Assembly: GCA_964592365.1 (NCBI GenBank)
Contig: CAZQDL010000003.1
Coordinates: forward strand, 2,186-66,185
Direction of reading: 5' to 3'
Length of the DNA stretch: 64,000 nucleotides
Source of the DNA: an uncultured Candidatus Saccharibacteria bacterium
GTDB lineage: Bacteria > Patescibacteriota > Minisyncoccia > Phycocordibacterales > UBA1006
This document shows, one piece after another, positions 49,048 through 58,782 of the stretch. Within the stretch, counting starts at the first letter, position 1. The number at the start of each line of letters is the position of its first letter. Both the position numbers and the translations under genes were made by a program. Below the pieces are notes generated by a model. It searched no databases and was not told the DNA's origin. It saw only the letters and a list, made by a program, of their open reading frames with translations.

Positions 49048-49800
49048 ATGAAAGATCAAACATTCTATATCTACGGAAGAAAACCAATTGAAGAGCAGTT
49101 ATTGCATAATCATGAAAATATACTTCGTATCTTTATTTCGGATAAGGTACATGCAAACGAGGAAGACATTAATCAGATAAAAGCATTTTCTAAACAAAAG
49201 AGAATTCCTTTTAACACAGTTTCTTTGAAAAAAATTGCAAGCCATGTAGGTGATGTAAATGATCAAGGTATTATTGCACTACTTAAGAAACCAAATTATA
49301 AAGATCTTCAAGAATGGTTAGATGCTCTTGAGATCGGAAAGAATCAAGCAGTACTTGTTCTTGATCATATTGAAGATACTCATAACTTTGGCGCTATTCT
49401 AAGAACAGCATCAGCTGTAGGAGTAACAGGGGTAATTGTAGCCAAAGATAGACAAGCTCCATTGAATGCAACAGTATTTAAAACATCAGCAGGAGCAGCA
49501 ACAAAAATTCCAGTAATTCAAGTATCAAATATAAATCAAAGTATTAAACGTTTACAAGAAAACAAGTTTTGGGTTGCAGCTGTTGATATGCCTGAATCTA
49601 AAAAAGATATTATCTGGGAACATAGTTTCAATACACCTATGGCCTTTGTAGTAGGTTCTGAAGGAAAGGGTGTTTCTGAAAGAACTAAAGAAATATGTGA
49701 TTTTACCGTTGGCTTACCACTTTCAAATGATGTTGAATCACTAAACGTATCAGTTGCTACAGCAGCAGTACTTTTTGAATGGAAACGACAGAATCAATAA
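49048..49800 (+). CDS. rlmB: SpoU-family RNA 2'-O-methyltransferase (RlmB-like)
   Basis: SPOUT motifs ...HNFGAILRTA..., VVGSEGKG, ESLNVSVA; N-terminal substrate-binding domain. Confidence 0.8.
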   Translation: MKDQTFYIYGRKPIEEQLLHNHENILRIFISDKVHANEEDINQIKAFSKQKRIPFNTVSLKKIASHVGDVNDQGIIALLKKPNYKDLQEWLDALEIGKNQAVLVLDHIEDTHNFGAILRTASAVGVTGVIVAKDRQAPLNATVFKTSAGAATKIPVIQVSNINQSIKRLQENKFWVAAVDMPESKKDIIWEHSFNTPMAFVVGSEGKGVSERTKEICDFTVGLPLSNDVESLNVSVATAAVLFEWKRQNQ

Positions 49801-49823
49801 TATAGATATGATATACTATTGAT

Positions 49824-50726
49824 ATGATAGAACAGGCACAAAATATTTTAAACATATCAATTATTTGGCTACAAGAGGATGGAATCCATGTCTTTAGCAT
49901 TCTTCTTATTACTTGGCTTATCTCAAAAGTACTTCATGTATTGGTGAGTAAAGCGGTACGTAGATTGGTACCTGGTGATAGTTTTCATTTACCATCGGAA
50001 GAAGAAAAGAGGGAAAATACTCTTATCTCAATCATTCAAGGATTCTTAAGTATATTTATTTGGGTAGCAGCGTTTGTATACATCCTATATAAGTTTGGAG
50101 TACCTATTGCACCTCTAGTTACAGGAGCTGGTATTGTGGGAGTCGCTCTTGGATTTGGTTCACAGTCTTTAGTACGTGATATTATCGCTGGTATATTTAT
50201 CATCGCGGAAAACCAATTCAGAATAGGAGATGTGGTTGATTTGGGTGGATACACAGGAACAGTAGAAGGAATGACTCTTCGTGTTACAAGATTACGTCAA
50301 CTAGACGGAACGATTCACTTCGTACCTAATGGAGAAATTAAAATCGCATCGAATAAGTCAAAAGATTATTCAATGGTAGATCTTAAGGTTCACGTAGGAT
50401 ATAACACCGAAATTGATTTTCTTGAACAGGTAATCAATGACGTTGGTTTGACACTAAGTTTAGATGAAAACTTCAAAGATCATATTATTGAGCCCCCACA
50501 ATTTCTACGAATTGATGACTTATCTGATTACTCAGTTACTGTTCGTATACTTGGAAAAGTATATCCAAAGCATCAGTTTCTTGTTGCCGGAGAATTAAGA
50601 AAACGCTTAAAGCAAGCTTTTGAAAAAAACAACATTGATATTCCATATCCAACTCGAATCGTTCATAATATTACTGATGAAGTACCTAAGAAAGTTCTTA
50701 AAAGAAAAGTAACGAAGAAAAAATAA
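49824..50726 (+). CDS. mechanosensitive channel, MscS family
   Basis: three TM helices then the conserved MscS pore/beta-domain block GxGSQSLVRDIIAGIFII.E..FRIGD. Confidence 0.85.
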   Translation: MIEQAQNILNISIIWLQEDGIHVFSILLITWLISKVLHVLVSKAVRRLVPGDSFHLPSEEEKRENTLISIIQGFLSIFIWVAAFVYILYKFGVPIAPLVTGAGIVGVALGFGSQSLVRDIIAGIFIIAENQFRIGDVVDLGGYTGTVEGMTLRVTRLRQLDGTIHFVPNGEIKIASNKSKDYSMVDLKVHVGYNTEIDFLEQVINDVGLTLSLDENFKDHIIEPPQFLRIDDLSDYSVTVRILGKVYPKHQFLVAGELRKRLKQAFEKNNIDIPYPTRIVHNITDEVPKKVLKRKVTKKK

Positions 50727-51712
50727 TGATTAACCAAGAAAAAAAAGTAGCATTATCTGGAGTACAGCCTACAGGTAGGCCTCATATTGGAAATTACTTT
50801 GGAGCAATGAAGCAATTTGTTGATTTACAAAATAAATATCAATTATATATCTTCATTGCTGATTATCATGCACTAACAACAGTACATGATGCATCAGTAT
50901 TACAGCATCAAATTAATAACCTGATTCTTGACTATCTTGCAATTGGTCTTGATCCTGAGAAGGTAGTTATCTATCGACAGGTTGATGTACCTGAACTCAC
51001 TGAACTTGCATGGATTTTTTCAACCTTAGTAACCATTCCTTGGTTGGAGAGAGCGCATGCGTATAAGGATAAGACAGCAAAAGGTCTTGAAGCAAATGTA
51101 GGACTTTTTACCTATCCAATCCTTATGGCTGCTGATATTCTTCTTCCTAATGCTGATATTGTTCCTGTTGGAAAAGATCAGATTCAGCATGTTGAAATGG
51201 CACGAGAAATAGCAAGAAAATTCAATAGTGAATTTGGTGATTTATTCAAAGAACCACAAGAACTTGTAAAGGAAGGGGTTGAGACTGTTGTAGGTACTGA
51301 TGGACAAAAGATGTCTAAATCATATAAGAATACTATTCCTCTATTTGGAACTGATGCTGAGATAAAGAAAGCAATTATGGGAATTGTAACTGATAGTAAA
51401 AACCCAGAAGACATCAAAGATCCAGAATCATGTAATGTTTTTGCACTCCATAAACTTATCACACCTGAACCACAGCTATCTGAAATACGAGAAAAATATG
51501 AGAAGGGTGGTTTAGGATACGGTGACTCTAAGAAAATGCTTCTTGATAACTACATTGCATATATTTCTGATATGCGAGAGAAAAGAGAATACTATGAAAA
51601 AAATCCTGGTATTGTTAGACAAATTCTAGATGAAGGAGCAAGTGTAATGAAAAAAGTTGCAAAGGAACGTATGAAAGACGTTAGATTAAAAGTAGGGTTA
51701 ACTATCAGTTAA
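50726..51712 (+). CDS. trpS: tryptophanyl-tRNA synthetase
   Basis: HIGH-type GRPHIGN and KMSKS; about 330 aa class Ic. Confidence 0.95.
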   Translation: MINQEKKVALSGVQPTGRPHIGNYFGAMKQFVDLQNKYQLYIFIADYHALTTVHDASVLQHQINNLILDYLAIGLDPEKVVIYRQVDVPELTELAWIFSTLVTIPWLERAHAYKDKTAKGLEANVGLFTYPILMAADILLPNADIVPVGKDQIQHVEMAREIARKFNSEFGDLFKEPQELVKEGVETVVGTDGQKMSKSYKNTIPLFGTDAEIKKAIMGIVTDSKNPEDIKDPESCNVFALHKLITPEPQLSEIREKYEKGGLGYGDSKKMLLDNYIAYISDMREKREYYEKNPGIVRQILDEGASVMKKVAKERMKDVRLKVGLTIS

Positions 51713-51713
51713 T

Positions 51714-52049
51714 ATGAAATCAAACTGGATTAAACACGTTGTTCCGATTCTTGCATTTACTGCAGGTATCATCATTAGCTCAATTGGAGGTATTATGACC
51801 TTAAGTTCAGCTCTTGAACTAAGTTTTTTCAAACAAGATAGATATAGTTATATATCTGAAGAAGAATGTAAATTTCAAAAAGAAGTTGAACTTCCTGTAC
51901 AAGAAATTGAAAAATGTATGGAAGAAAGAAGAGAACAAGAAACTGAAAGATTTAAGGAGGATAAGAAGAGAGATATTGTTGATGGAATCTCATTTCTTGT
52001 AGTTGGTGGAATACTGCTTTTGTCTTTTAGAAAAAGGGCATTAGGATAA
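51714..52049 (+). CDS. hypothetical membrane protein
   Basis: TM helices at both ends, charged middle. Confidence 0.4.
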   Translation: MKSNWIKHVVPILAFTAGIIISSIGGIMTLSSALELSFFKQDRYSYISEEECKFQKEVELPVQEIEKCMEERREQETERFKEDKKRDIVDGISFLVVGGILLLSFRKRALG

Positions 52050-52079
52050 AGATCTGGTTTCTCAGGTCTTTTTTTATGG
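52047..52079 (+). terminator. rho-independent terminator
   Basis: AGATCTG-GTTTCT-CAGGTCT (one G-U) followed by T7. Confidence 0.55.
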
Positions 52080-52084
52080 TAGGA

Positions 52085-52206
52085 TATTCATACCAGTGAA
52101 GCACTGACAATGCTGAGGTACATTCAACAATACGAGCGCTTATTCACTAAGAATCAGGGTGGCACCGCGGTAATATATCGTCCCTGAGTTAACCGATTTT
52201 ACATAT
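52085..52206 (+). promoter_or_regulatory. compact T-box riboswitch-like leader upstream of aspS (candidate Asp specifier GAC)
   Basis: AGGGTGGCACCGCG (52156-52169) matches the T-box AGGGUGGNACCGCG core; upstream 6-bp inverted repeat AGTGAA...TTCACT encloses GCA-CTGACAA-TGC with GAC plus purine; downstream CCCTGA can pair back to TCAGGG. Confidence 0.5.
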
Positions 52207-53628
52207 ATGAAAAGAACATTAATACGTGACCTAAGTAGTCACAAAAATGAAGAAGTGCAGATTAATGCATGGGTAGCTGTACGAAGAGATCAAGGGAAAA
52301 TGGCTTTTTTTGATTTCAGAGATGTAACAGGAACTGTTCAAGGGGTAGTTTTTGGAAAACCAGAAGTACTTGAAATTGCAAAAACACTTAGACCTGAGTG
52401 GGTTGTTTCAATACAAGGTATGATCAATCCACGTCCTGAGAATATGATAAAGCAAGATGTACTTAATGGTGATATTGAAATTGAAATAACTAATATTGAA
52501 ATTCTAAATAAGGCAGAAACACCAGCCTTTGAAATTACAGAATCAACCCAAGATATCAATGAAGAAGTAAGGTTGAAGAATAGGTATTTGGATTTACGTA
52601 CATCACGAATGAACAAGAATTTAACGATGCGTCACAAAGTTGCAAAACTTTGTAGAGATCACTTAGATTCACTTGGTTTTCTAGAGATTGAAACACCTAT
52701 ACTTACTAAATCAACACCTGAGGGTGCTCGTGATTACGTAGTTCCATCTCGACTATCACCTCATCAATTCTATGCACTCCCACAATCTCCTCAGCAGTAT
52801 AAGCAATTACTTATGTCATCTGGAGTAGAGAGATATTTCCAATTTGCTCGATGTATGAGAGATGAAGATTTACGTGGCGATAGACAGCCTGAGTTCACGC
52901 AACTGGATATGGAAATTTCTTTTGCAAGCCAAGAAGATATTATGAATATCAATGAACAGTTGCTCATCCACATTGTGGAGAAACTCTATCCAGAAAAAAG
53001 AATTCAACAGATTCCTTTTCCTAGAATTAGTTACAAAGAAGCAATGGATACCTATGGAAACGACCGGCCTGATATCAGAGAAGACACCACTGATGAAAAT
53101 CTTTTAGCATTTTGTTGGGTTGTAGATTTTCCTTTCTTTGAAAAAACGGCTACCTCAGATGATCCACAAGCGCAAGGAGAATGGACATTTACCCACAACC
53201 CATTTTCATTAGCTGTACCAGAACATGTTGAAAATCTAAGAGCGAAGAAAAATATTGCAGATATTATCGCGGCACAATATGACATTGTTCTTAATGGATT
53301 TGAGATTGGAGGTGGTTCAATTCGAGCTCATAACCCTGAAATTTTAAGGTCAATTCTTGAAATTCTTGGTCATGAAACTAAAAACATTGAAGAAAATTTT
53401 GGTCATATGCTTCAAGCACTTGGATCAGGAACCCCTCCACACGGCGGAATTGCATGGGGATTTGACAGATTAATGATGATTCTGCAAAACGAAAAGACTA
53501 TCCGTGAAGTTATTGCATTCCCAAAAAATGGGGAAGGAAGAGATCCTATGATGGAAGCTCCTTCATCAATATCAGCACAGCAACTCAATGAACTACATAT
53601 CTCATTGAGTAAGATTCAAAGCTCATAG
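52207..53628 (+). CDS. aspS: aspartyl-tRNA synthetase, bacterial-type class II core but lacking the GAD insertion domain
   Basis: OB-fold N-terminus; motif 2 FRDEDLR.DRQPEFTQLD; motif 3 GGGSIR; only 473 aa with no insertion between motifs 2 and 3. Confidence 0.9.
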   Translation: MKRTLIRDLSSHKNEEVQINAWVAVRRDQGKMAFFDFRDVTGTVQGVVFGKPEVLEIAKTLRPEWVVSIQGMINPRPENMIKQDVLNGDIEIEITNIEILNKAETPAFEITESTQDINEEVRLKNRYLDLRTSRMNKNLTMRHKVAKLCRDHLDSLGFLEIETPILTKSTPEGARDYVVPSRLSPHQFYALPQSPQQYKQLLMSSGVERYFQFARCMRDEDLRGDRQPEFTQLDMEISFASQEDIMNINEQLLIHIVEKLYPEKRIQQIPFPRISYKEAMDTYGNDRPDIREDTTDENLLAFCWVVDFPFFEKTATSDDPQAQGEWTFTHNPFSLAVPEHVENLRAKKNIADIIAAQYDIVLNGFEIGGGSIRAHNPEILRSILEILGHETKNIEENFGHMLQALGSGTPPHGGIAWGFDRLMMILQNEKTIREVIAFPKNGEGRDPMMEAPSSISAQQLNELHISLSKIQSS

Positions 53629-53637
53629 AGCTTTTTT
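53613..53637 (+). terminator. rho-independent terminator overlapping the aspS stop
   Basis: AAAGCTC-ATA-GAGCTTT followed by T-run. Confidence 0.5.
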
Positions 53638-53693
53638 TCTTGCCCTATATCATATACAATCATTTCATTGTAGGGTAACAAGAGATTCTGTAT

Positions 53694-55208
53694 ATGGATA
53701 AGCTAATTGAAATTTCAATAAAAAAATATTTCGAGTTGAGAAAATTTAGAGTAAAAGGGTGGCTACACAGTCAGGTGGATACTCAAGAATTTATCATTCA
53801 AGAACTAATATCTGAGGCTCTTTCTACTCAATTTGGAAAGGAACATGCATTTGTAAATATTGATTCAATTGCAACATACCAGAAACTGGTACCTGTTAGG
53901 AATCACACTGAGCTTCTTCCGTACATTGAAGATATGATGCAAGGTAAGAAGGATATCCTTTGGCCTGGAACCGTTACTATGTTTTCAAAATCTTCAGGAA
54001 CTACAAGTTCAGTAAGTAAATACATACCGGTAAGTAGGGAATCATTACATGAGAATAACTATAAGGCGGGAAGAGACTTATATGCAATCATTAGCACCAT
54101 CTATCCAGAGTTAACCATCTTTAGTGATGAAGGGTCAGTTCTTGGAATTACAGGGAGCTTTGAGGAACGAGAAGATGGTATGAAGGTAGGTGATGTTTCA
54201 GCAATCATTGCCTCTGAACTTCCATCTATGTTTCAAGAAAGAAGAAAACCTTCTCTTGAAGTTGCGCTTATGAAAAACTGGGATGAAAAAATCCAAGCAA
54301 TAATAGATGAGTGTGTTTCTTTAAATATTACACATCTTTCTGGTGTTCCCACCTGGTTTATCCCTCTTTTCAATGAGCTTCAGAAACAACATCCATATCA
54401 AACCCTACGAGATATATGGCCTAATTTACAGCTATTTATTCATGGTGCTGTTTCTTTTAAACCATATGAGGAACGTTTTCATAAGTTACTACCTTTTGAC
54501 GATATGAAGTACATCGAAGTATATAACGCATCTGAAGGTTTTTTTGCGATACAAGATACTGAAACAAAGAAAGGAGAGATGCTCCTTCTTACCGATCATG
54601 GTGTTTTTTATGAATTCATCAATTTCCATGAATATCAAAAGGGAACAAGAGATGCTATATGGCTTAACTCTGTTGAAATAGGTGTTCCGTATGCACTCAT
54701 TATATCTACAAATGCAGGTCTATGGCGGTATGATCTTGGGGATGTCATTGAATTTACCTCATTAAAACCATATAGAATACGTATTGTTGGACGTACAAAG
54801 ACTTGTTTGAATCTTTGTGGGGAAGAACTTATGGAAGGGAATACTGACATGGCTCTTCAAGAACTTTCTAAATCTTTTGGTGTTAATATTGAAGACTATA
54901 CGGTAACAGCACTAGAATCTGGAAACAGTACTATTGGACATCATCAGTGGATTATAGAAACGGAAGAGATATTGAATATCGATGAATTTAGAACTGCCCT
55001 TGATATAAAATTAAGATCATTGAACTCGGACTATGATGCAAAAAGAACTGGAAACCTTGCTTTAGGATTACTTGAACTTCAAGTAGTTCCCAAAGGTACT
55101 TTCATGAAATGGCTTGCTTCAAAAGGGAAATTAGGTGGGCAGCACAAGGTACCAAAACTATTAGCTGATAGGAAAATATATGACGAGATATTAAAAAGCA
55201 GTATGTAA
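53694..55208 (+). CDS. GH3-family adenylate-forming enzyme (acyl-acid amido synthetase-like)
   Basis: N-terminal FxxSSGTTS...KYIP AMP-binding P-loop-like motif and overall about 500-aa collinearity with the GH3 family. Confidence 0.55.
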   Translation: MDKLIEISIKKYFELRKFRVKGWLHSQVDTQEFIIQELISEALSTQFGKEHAFVNIDSIATYQKLVPVRNHTELLPYIEDMMQGKKDILWPGTVTMFSKSSGTTSSVSKYIPVSRESLHENNYKAGRDLYAIISTIYPELTIFSDEGSVLGITGSFEEREDGMKVGDVSAIIASELPSMFQERRKPSLEVALMKNWDEKIQAIIDECVSLNITHLSGVPTWFIPLFNELQKQHPYQTLRDIWPNLQLFIHGAVSFKPYEERFHKLLPFDDMKYIEVYNASEGFFAIQDTETKKGEMLLLTDHGVFYEFINFHEYQKGTRDAIWLNSVEIGVPYALIISTNAGLWRYDLGDVIEFTSLKPYRIRIVGRTKTCLNLCGEELMEGNTDMALQELSKSFGVNIEDYTVTALESGNSTIGHHQWIIETEEILNIDEFRTALDIKLRSLNSDYDAKRTGNLALGLLELQVVPKGTFMKWLASKGKLGGQHKVPKLLADRKIYDEILKSSM

Positions 55209-55221
55209 TATACTGCTTTTT
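55193..55221 (+). terminator. rho-independent terminator
   Basis: AGCAGTAT-GTAAT-ATACTGCT followed by TTTTT. Confidence 0.8.
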
Positions 55222-55264
55222 AATATTCTAGTTACAGACAACTTTTGCATGCTACAATACAGCT

Positions 55265-55990
55265 ATGAGTTTTGAGTTAACTATTCCTGAATTTACTGGA
55301 CCTATTGAGGCTCTCCTTAATCTTATAGAAAAAAGAAAGCTTCCCATTAATGATGTATCCCTTGCTGAGATTACAGAAGAGTATTTAAACTATATATCTA
55401 GTCTTGATTCACATATTCCCATTTCACAAAGAATTCACTTTGTATACATTGCATCTACACTTACCCTTATTAAATCAAAATCTCTTCTTCCTTCACTTGA
55501 ACTAACAGAATCAGAAGAAAGTGACGTTGAACAACTTAAACATCGTCTTGTGTTATATCAGCAATACCAGGAATTAGGTTTAGTTCTTGGAACTAAATTT
55601 AAAATGATACCTTCTTTCTTTTATCCTAAGCCAAAGAAAAAAGCTATTGTCTTTTCACCTCATGTTGATATTACACCAATAAATATGACGGAATTACTTA
55701 AGAATCTATATTCAGAAATTCCAGAAAAACCTAAAACAAAGCAAGAGGGATATGTAAAAATTGCTGTTCACATAGAAGAGCTTATGGATTCACTTATCGA
55801 AAGAGTTAAGGCTCAAGCAAGTATAAACTTTCAAACTTTCTTAAAACAAAAACAATTAGGGTATACTCAACCAAAGGAACAAAAGGTGGTTGCTGTGGTT
55901 GGATTCCTTGCTCTTCTTGAGGTAGTGCGTAACCACGGCCTTGCGGTATCACAAGAACATCTTTTTTCAGATATTAATATATATCAATAG
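55265..55990 (+). CDS. scpA: segregation and condensation protein A (kleisin)
   Basis: N-terminal LLNLIEKRKLPINDVSLAEIT block typical of ScpA; followed by scpB. Confidence 0.75.
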   Translation: MSFELTIPEFTGPIEALLNLIEKRKLPINDVSLAEITEEYLNYISSLDSHIPISQRIHFVYIASTLTLIKSKSLLPSLELTESEESDVEQLKHRLVLYQQYQELGLVLGTKFKMIPSFFYPKPKKKAIVFSPHVDITPINMTELLKNLYSEIPEKPKTKQEGYVKIAVHIEELMDSLIERVKAQASINFQTFLKQKQLGYTQPKEQKVVAVVGFLALLEVVRNHGLAVSQEHLFSDINIYQ

Positions 55991-55995
55991 CATTT

Positions 55996-56556
55996 ATGAA
56001 CACGTATCAACAAACAATTGAATCACTGCTTTTCTATGAAAATCAACCGGTAAGTTTTGCATGGCTTTCACGTCATCTTGGTATTAGTATTGTAAATACA
56101 AAAGAAGAAGTTGAAGGATTAATGAAATACTATGAGAACAGAGGAATTGAAATTCTTGTACACGACGACATGGTTTCCTTGGTAACTCATCGTTCTCAAC
56201 AAAAAAAACTTCTTGAGTTAGAAGAACAAGAACAAGTGAAAGAGCTTTCTAAGCAAGCTCTTGAAACTTTAGCTATTATTGTATACAAGCAGGGAATAAC
56301 CAAGGCAGAAATTGATTTTATACGAGGAGTAAACTCTGTATATATTCTTAGAAATCTCACCATAAGAGGTCTTATTGAAAAGAAACAGAACGCTGATGAC
56401 AAGCGATCACCAAAGTACAGACCAACCTTAGATCTTCTTTCGTATTTAGGGATTGCACAAGTATCTGAACTACCTGAATATGAAATGCATACAAAAAAAT
56501 TAGAAGCCTTGCAAGAAGATTTTTTACAAGAACAGCTCACTCTTAGTGAAGAGTAA
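55996..56556 (+). CDS. scpB: segregation and condensation protein B
   Basis: tandem winged-helix pattern (IESLLFYENQPVS...); about 186 aa. Confidence 0.75.
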   Translation: MNTYQQTIESLLFYENQPVSFAWLSRHLGISIVNTKEEVEGLMKYYENRGIEILVHDDMVSLVTHRSQQKKLLELEEQEQVKELSKQALETLAIIVYKQGITKAEIDFIRGVNSVYILRNLTIRGLIEKKQNADDKRSPKYRPTLDLLSYLGIAQVSELPEYEMHTKKLEALQEDFLQEQLTLSEE

Positions 56557-56564
56557 TATACATT

Positions 56565-57635
56565 ATGGAAACACAACTTATTATCATACGGATTCTCATC
56601 CCTACAGTTAGTGCCTTCATTATTGGGATTACTACAACACCTCTATTCACACATATTTTTTATAAGTATAAGTTATGGAAAAGAAGTTCTCGAATAGATA
56701 CACAAGTAAATCCTGACATGCTCAAGCAAGCAGGGGAAGTCATGGAAAAAATACATAACAAGGAAGAAACTAAAGTTCCACGTATTGGAGGAGTAATTGT
56801 ATGGACTTCAGTAAGTCTTGTTGCATTAATTGGATATCTTCTTTATCTATTCATTCCAGAAGCACTTGATTTAAACTTTATTACAAGAAATCAAACACTT
56901 ATTGCATTTGCTTCCTTGATAGTTGGTGCTGTTATTGGTCTCATTGATGATCTTTTACAAATTTTTGGTAATAAAAAGCAACTTGCCATTGGTATACCTA
57001 GAAAGATTAGAATTGCTTTAGTTGCAAGCTTAGGAATTCTTCAAGGTATGTGGTTTTTTGAAAAACTTGGTTATTCATATATCACTATACCTTTTGATCT
57101 TGGTATTCTTGAACTGGGAGTATTCTTTGTACCTTTATTTATGATTACTACTCTTGGACTGTTTTCAAGTTCTATTATTGATGGATTGGATGGTTTAGCA
57201 GCTGGTGTATTAGGTACTATTTTTACCACCTATGGATTTATTGGTGTTATTCAATATCAATACAGTATTGCAATCTTTTGTTTTGTTGTTGCAGGAGCGC
57301 TTCTTGCATTTTTATGGTTTAACATACCTCCGGCTCGATTTTATTTAGGAGAAACAGGAATACTCTCACTTACACTTCCTCTTGCAGTAATTATATTCCT
57401 AACCAATACCCTAGTTGAATTTATTATTATTGGTCTGCCACTAATCATTACTTCACTTTCTTCAATTATTCAGATAGTTGCTCGAAGGTATTTTAACAAA
57501 AGGGTATTTAAACTAGCACCTCTTCACCACCACTTTGAAGCAATTGGATGGGGTCGACCTAAGATTACTATGAGGTATTGGGTGTTTTCAATCATCTGTT
57601 CTGCAATTGGAATTATTGTTGTTATCATTGGATAA
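56565..57635 (+). CDS. mraY: phospho-N-acetylmuramoyl-pentapeptide transferase
   Basis: polytopic; DDxxD-like GLIDDLLQ and sugar-phosphate motif IIDGLDGLA; position upstream of ftsW-murG. Confidence 0.85.
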   Translation: METQLIIIRILIPTVSAFIIGITTTPLFTHIFYKYKLWKRSSRIDTQVNPDMLKQAGEVMEKIHNKEETKVPRIGGVIVWTSVSLVALIGYLLYLFIPEALDLNFITRNQTLIAFASLIVGAVIGLIDDLLQIFGNKKQLAIGIPRKIRIALVASLGILQGMWFFEKLGYSYITIPFDLGILELGVFFVPLFMITTLGLFSSSIIDGLDGLAAGVLGTIFTTYGFIGVIQYQYSIAIFCFVVAGALLAFLWFNIPPARFYLGETGILSLTLPLAVIIFLTNTLVEFIIIGLPLIITSLSSIIQIVARRYFNKRVFKLAPLHHHFEAIGWGRPKITMRYWVFSIICSAIGIIVVIIG

Positions 57636-57638
57636 ATT

Positions 57639-58766
57639 ATGAAAAAACTTAGAAAAAAAAAGGTTGATATAAAACTTCTAACCATTATATTTCTGTTACT
57701 TGCAATTGGTCTTATCACCTATATTTCAACGTCACTCTCAATCTTTACCGAGGACAAGGATCAATTTTGGTCCTTGATCATTAGGCATGTTGGTTTAGGA
57801 GTTATTGGTGGAGGTATTGCGATGTATGTAACCAGTCACATTGACTATAGTCACTGGAAAAAATATTCACTTCATGTATTCATCCTATCAGTTCTTGCAA
57901 CTGCTTTAGTATTTATTCCAGGGCTTGGATTCTCTCATGGTGGAGCAACACGTTGGTTGAGTTTAGGATTCATTACACTGCAACCTGCAGAGTTTTTGAA
58001 GTTAGGAACGATTCTTTTCTTTAGTGCATGGCTAGCAAAACACAAAGACCGTATATCAACATTTAAGTTTGGTTTACTACCATTTCTTGGAATAGTTGGT
58101 ATTGCTTTTGCTACCCTTATTCCACAACCAGACACAGGAACAATGGCACTTATTGGTCTTGTTTGTTTTCTTTTATATTTCATGCGAGGAGCTTCATGGA
58201 AGCATATTGGAGTTGTTATTTTTTGTTTTTTTGTTTTTGCAGGTGCATATGCAGCGGTAAATCCACACGTTATTGATAGAATTGAAACCTTTGCTAATCC
58301 TTCAAGAGATCCATATGGAGCATCATACCAAGTACAGCAATCTAAAATTGCTATTGGTTCAGGGAAGCTGTATGGAAGAGGTTTAGGACAGAGTGTACAT
58401 AAATTTGGACCATATCTTCCTGAATCAAATTCTGACTCTATCTTTGCAGTATTTGCAGAAGAATTTGGTTTTTTGGGAACTTCTTTACTAGTAGTACTTT
58501 ACTCGATATTTACTTTCTTTGGGGTAAGAATTGCACGCCTTGCACCAACAAGTTTTGGACAAAATATTACCATTGGAATTATATTCTTAATTACCATTCA
58601 AGTATTTTTCAATATTGCTGCTATTTCAGGTTTAGTACCGTTATCTGGTTTACCCCTTATCTTTATGAGTCATGGCGGTTCAGCATTATTTATCAGCCTT
58701 GCTCAACTTGGTATTGTTCTTAACGTCTCTCGGTATATTAAAACTCCACGTAAGGTGGTGAAATAG
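57639..58766 (+). CDS. ftsW: SEDS-family peptidoglycan glycosyltransferase FtsW
   Basis: 10-TM SEDS pattern; conserved PESNSDSIFAV...GFLG block; lies between mraY and murG. Confidence 0.8.
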   Translation: MKKLRKKKVDIKLLTIIFLLLAIGLITYISTSLSIFTEDKDQFWSLIIRHVGLGVIGGGIAMYVTSHIDYSHWKKYSLHVFILSVLATALVFIPGLGFSHGGATRWLSLGFITLQPAEFLKLGTILFFSAWLAKHKDRISTFKFGLLPFLGIVGIAFATLIPQPDTGTMALIGLVCFLLYFMRGASWKHIGVVIFCFFVFAGAYAAVNPHVIDRIETFANPSRDPYGASYQVQQSKIAIGSGKLYGRGLGQSVHKFGPYLPESNSDSIFAVFAEEFGFLGTSLLVVLYSIFTFFGVRIARLAPTSFGQNITIGIIFLITIQVFFNIAAISGLVPLSGLPLIFMSHGGSALFISLAQLGIVLNVSRYIKTPRKVVK

Positions 58767-58782
58767 TGTATACTATACGAGT

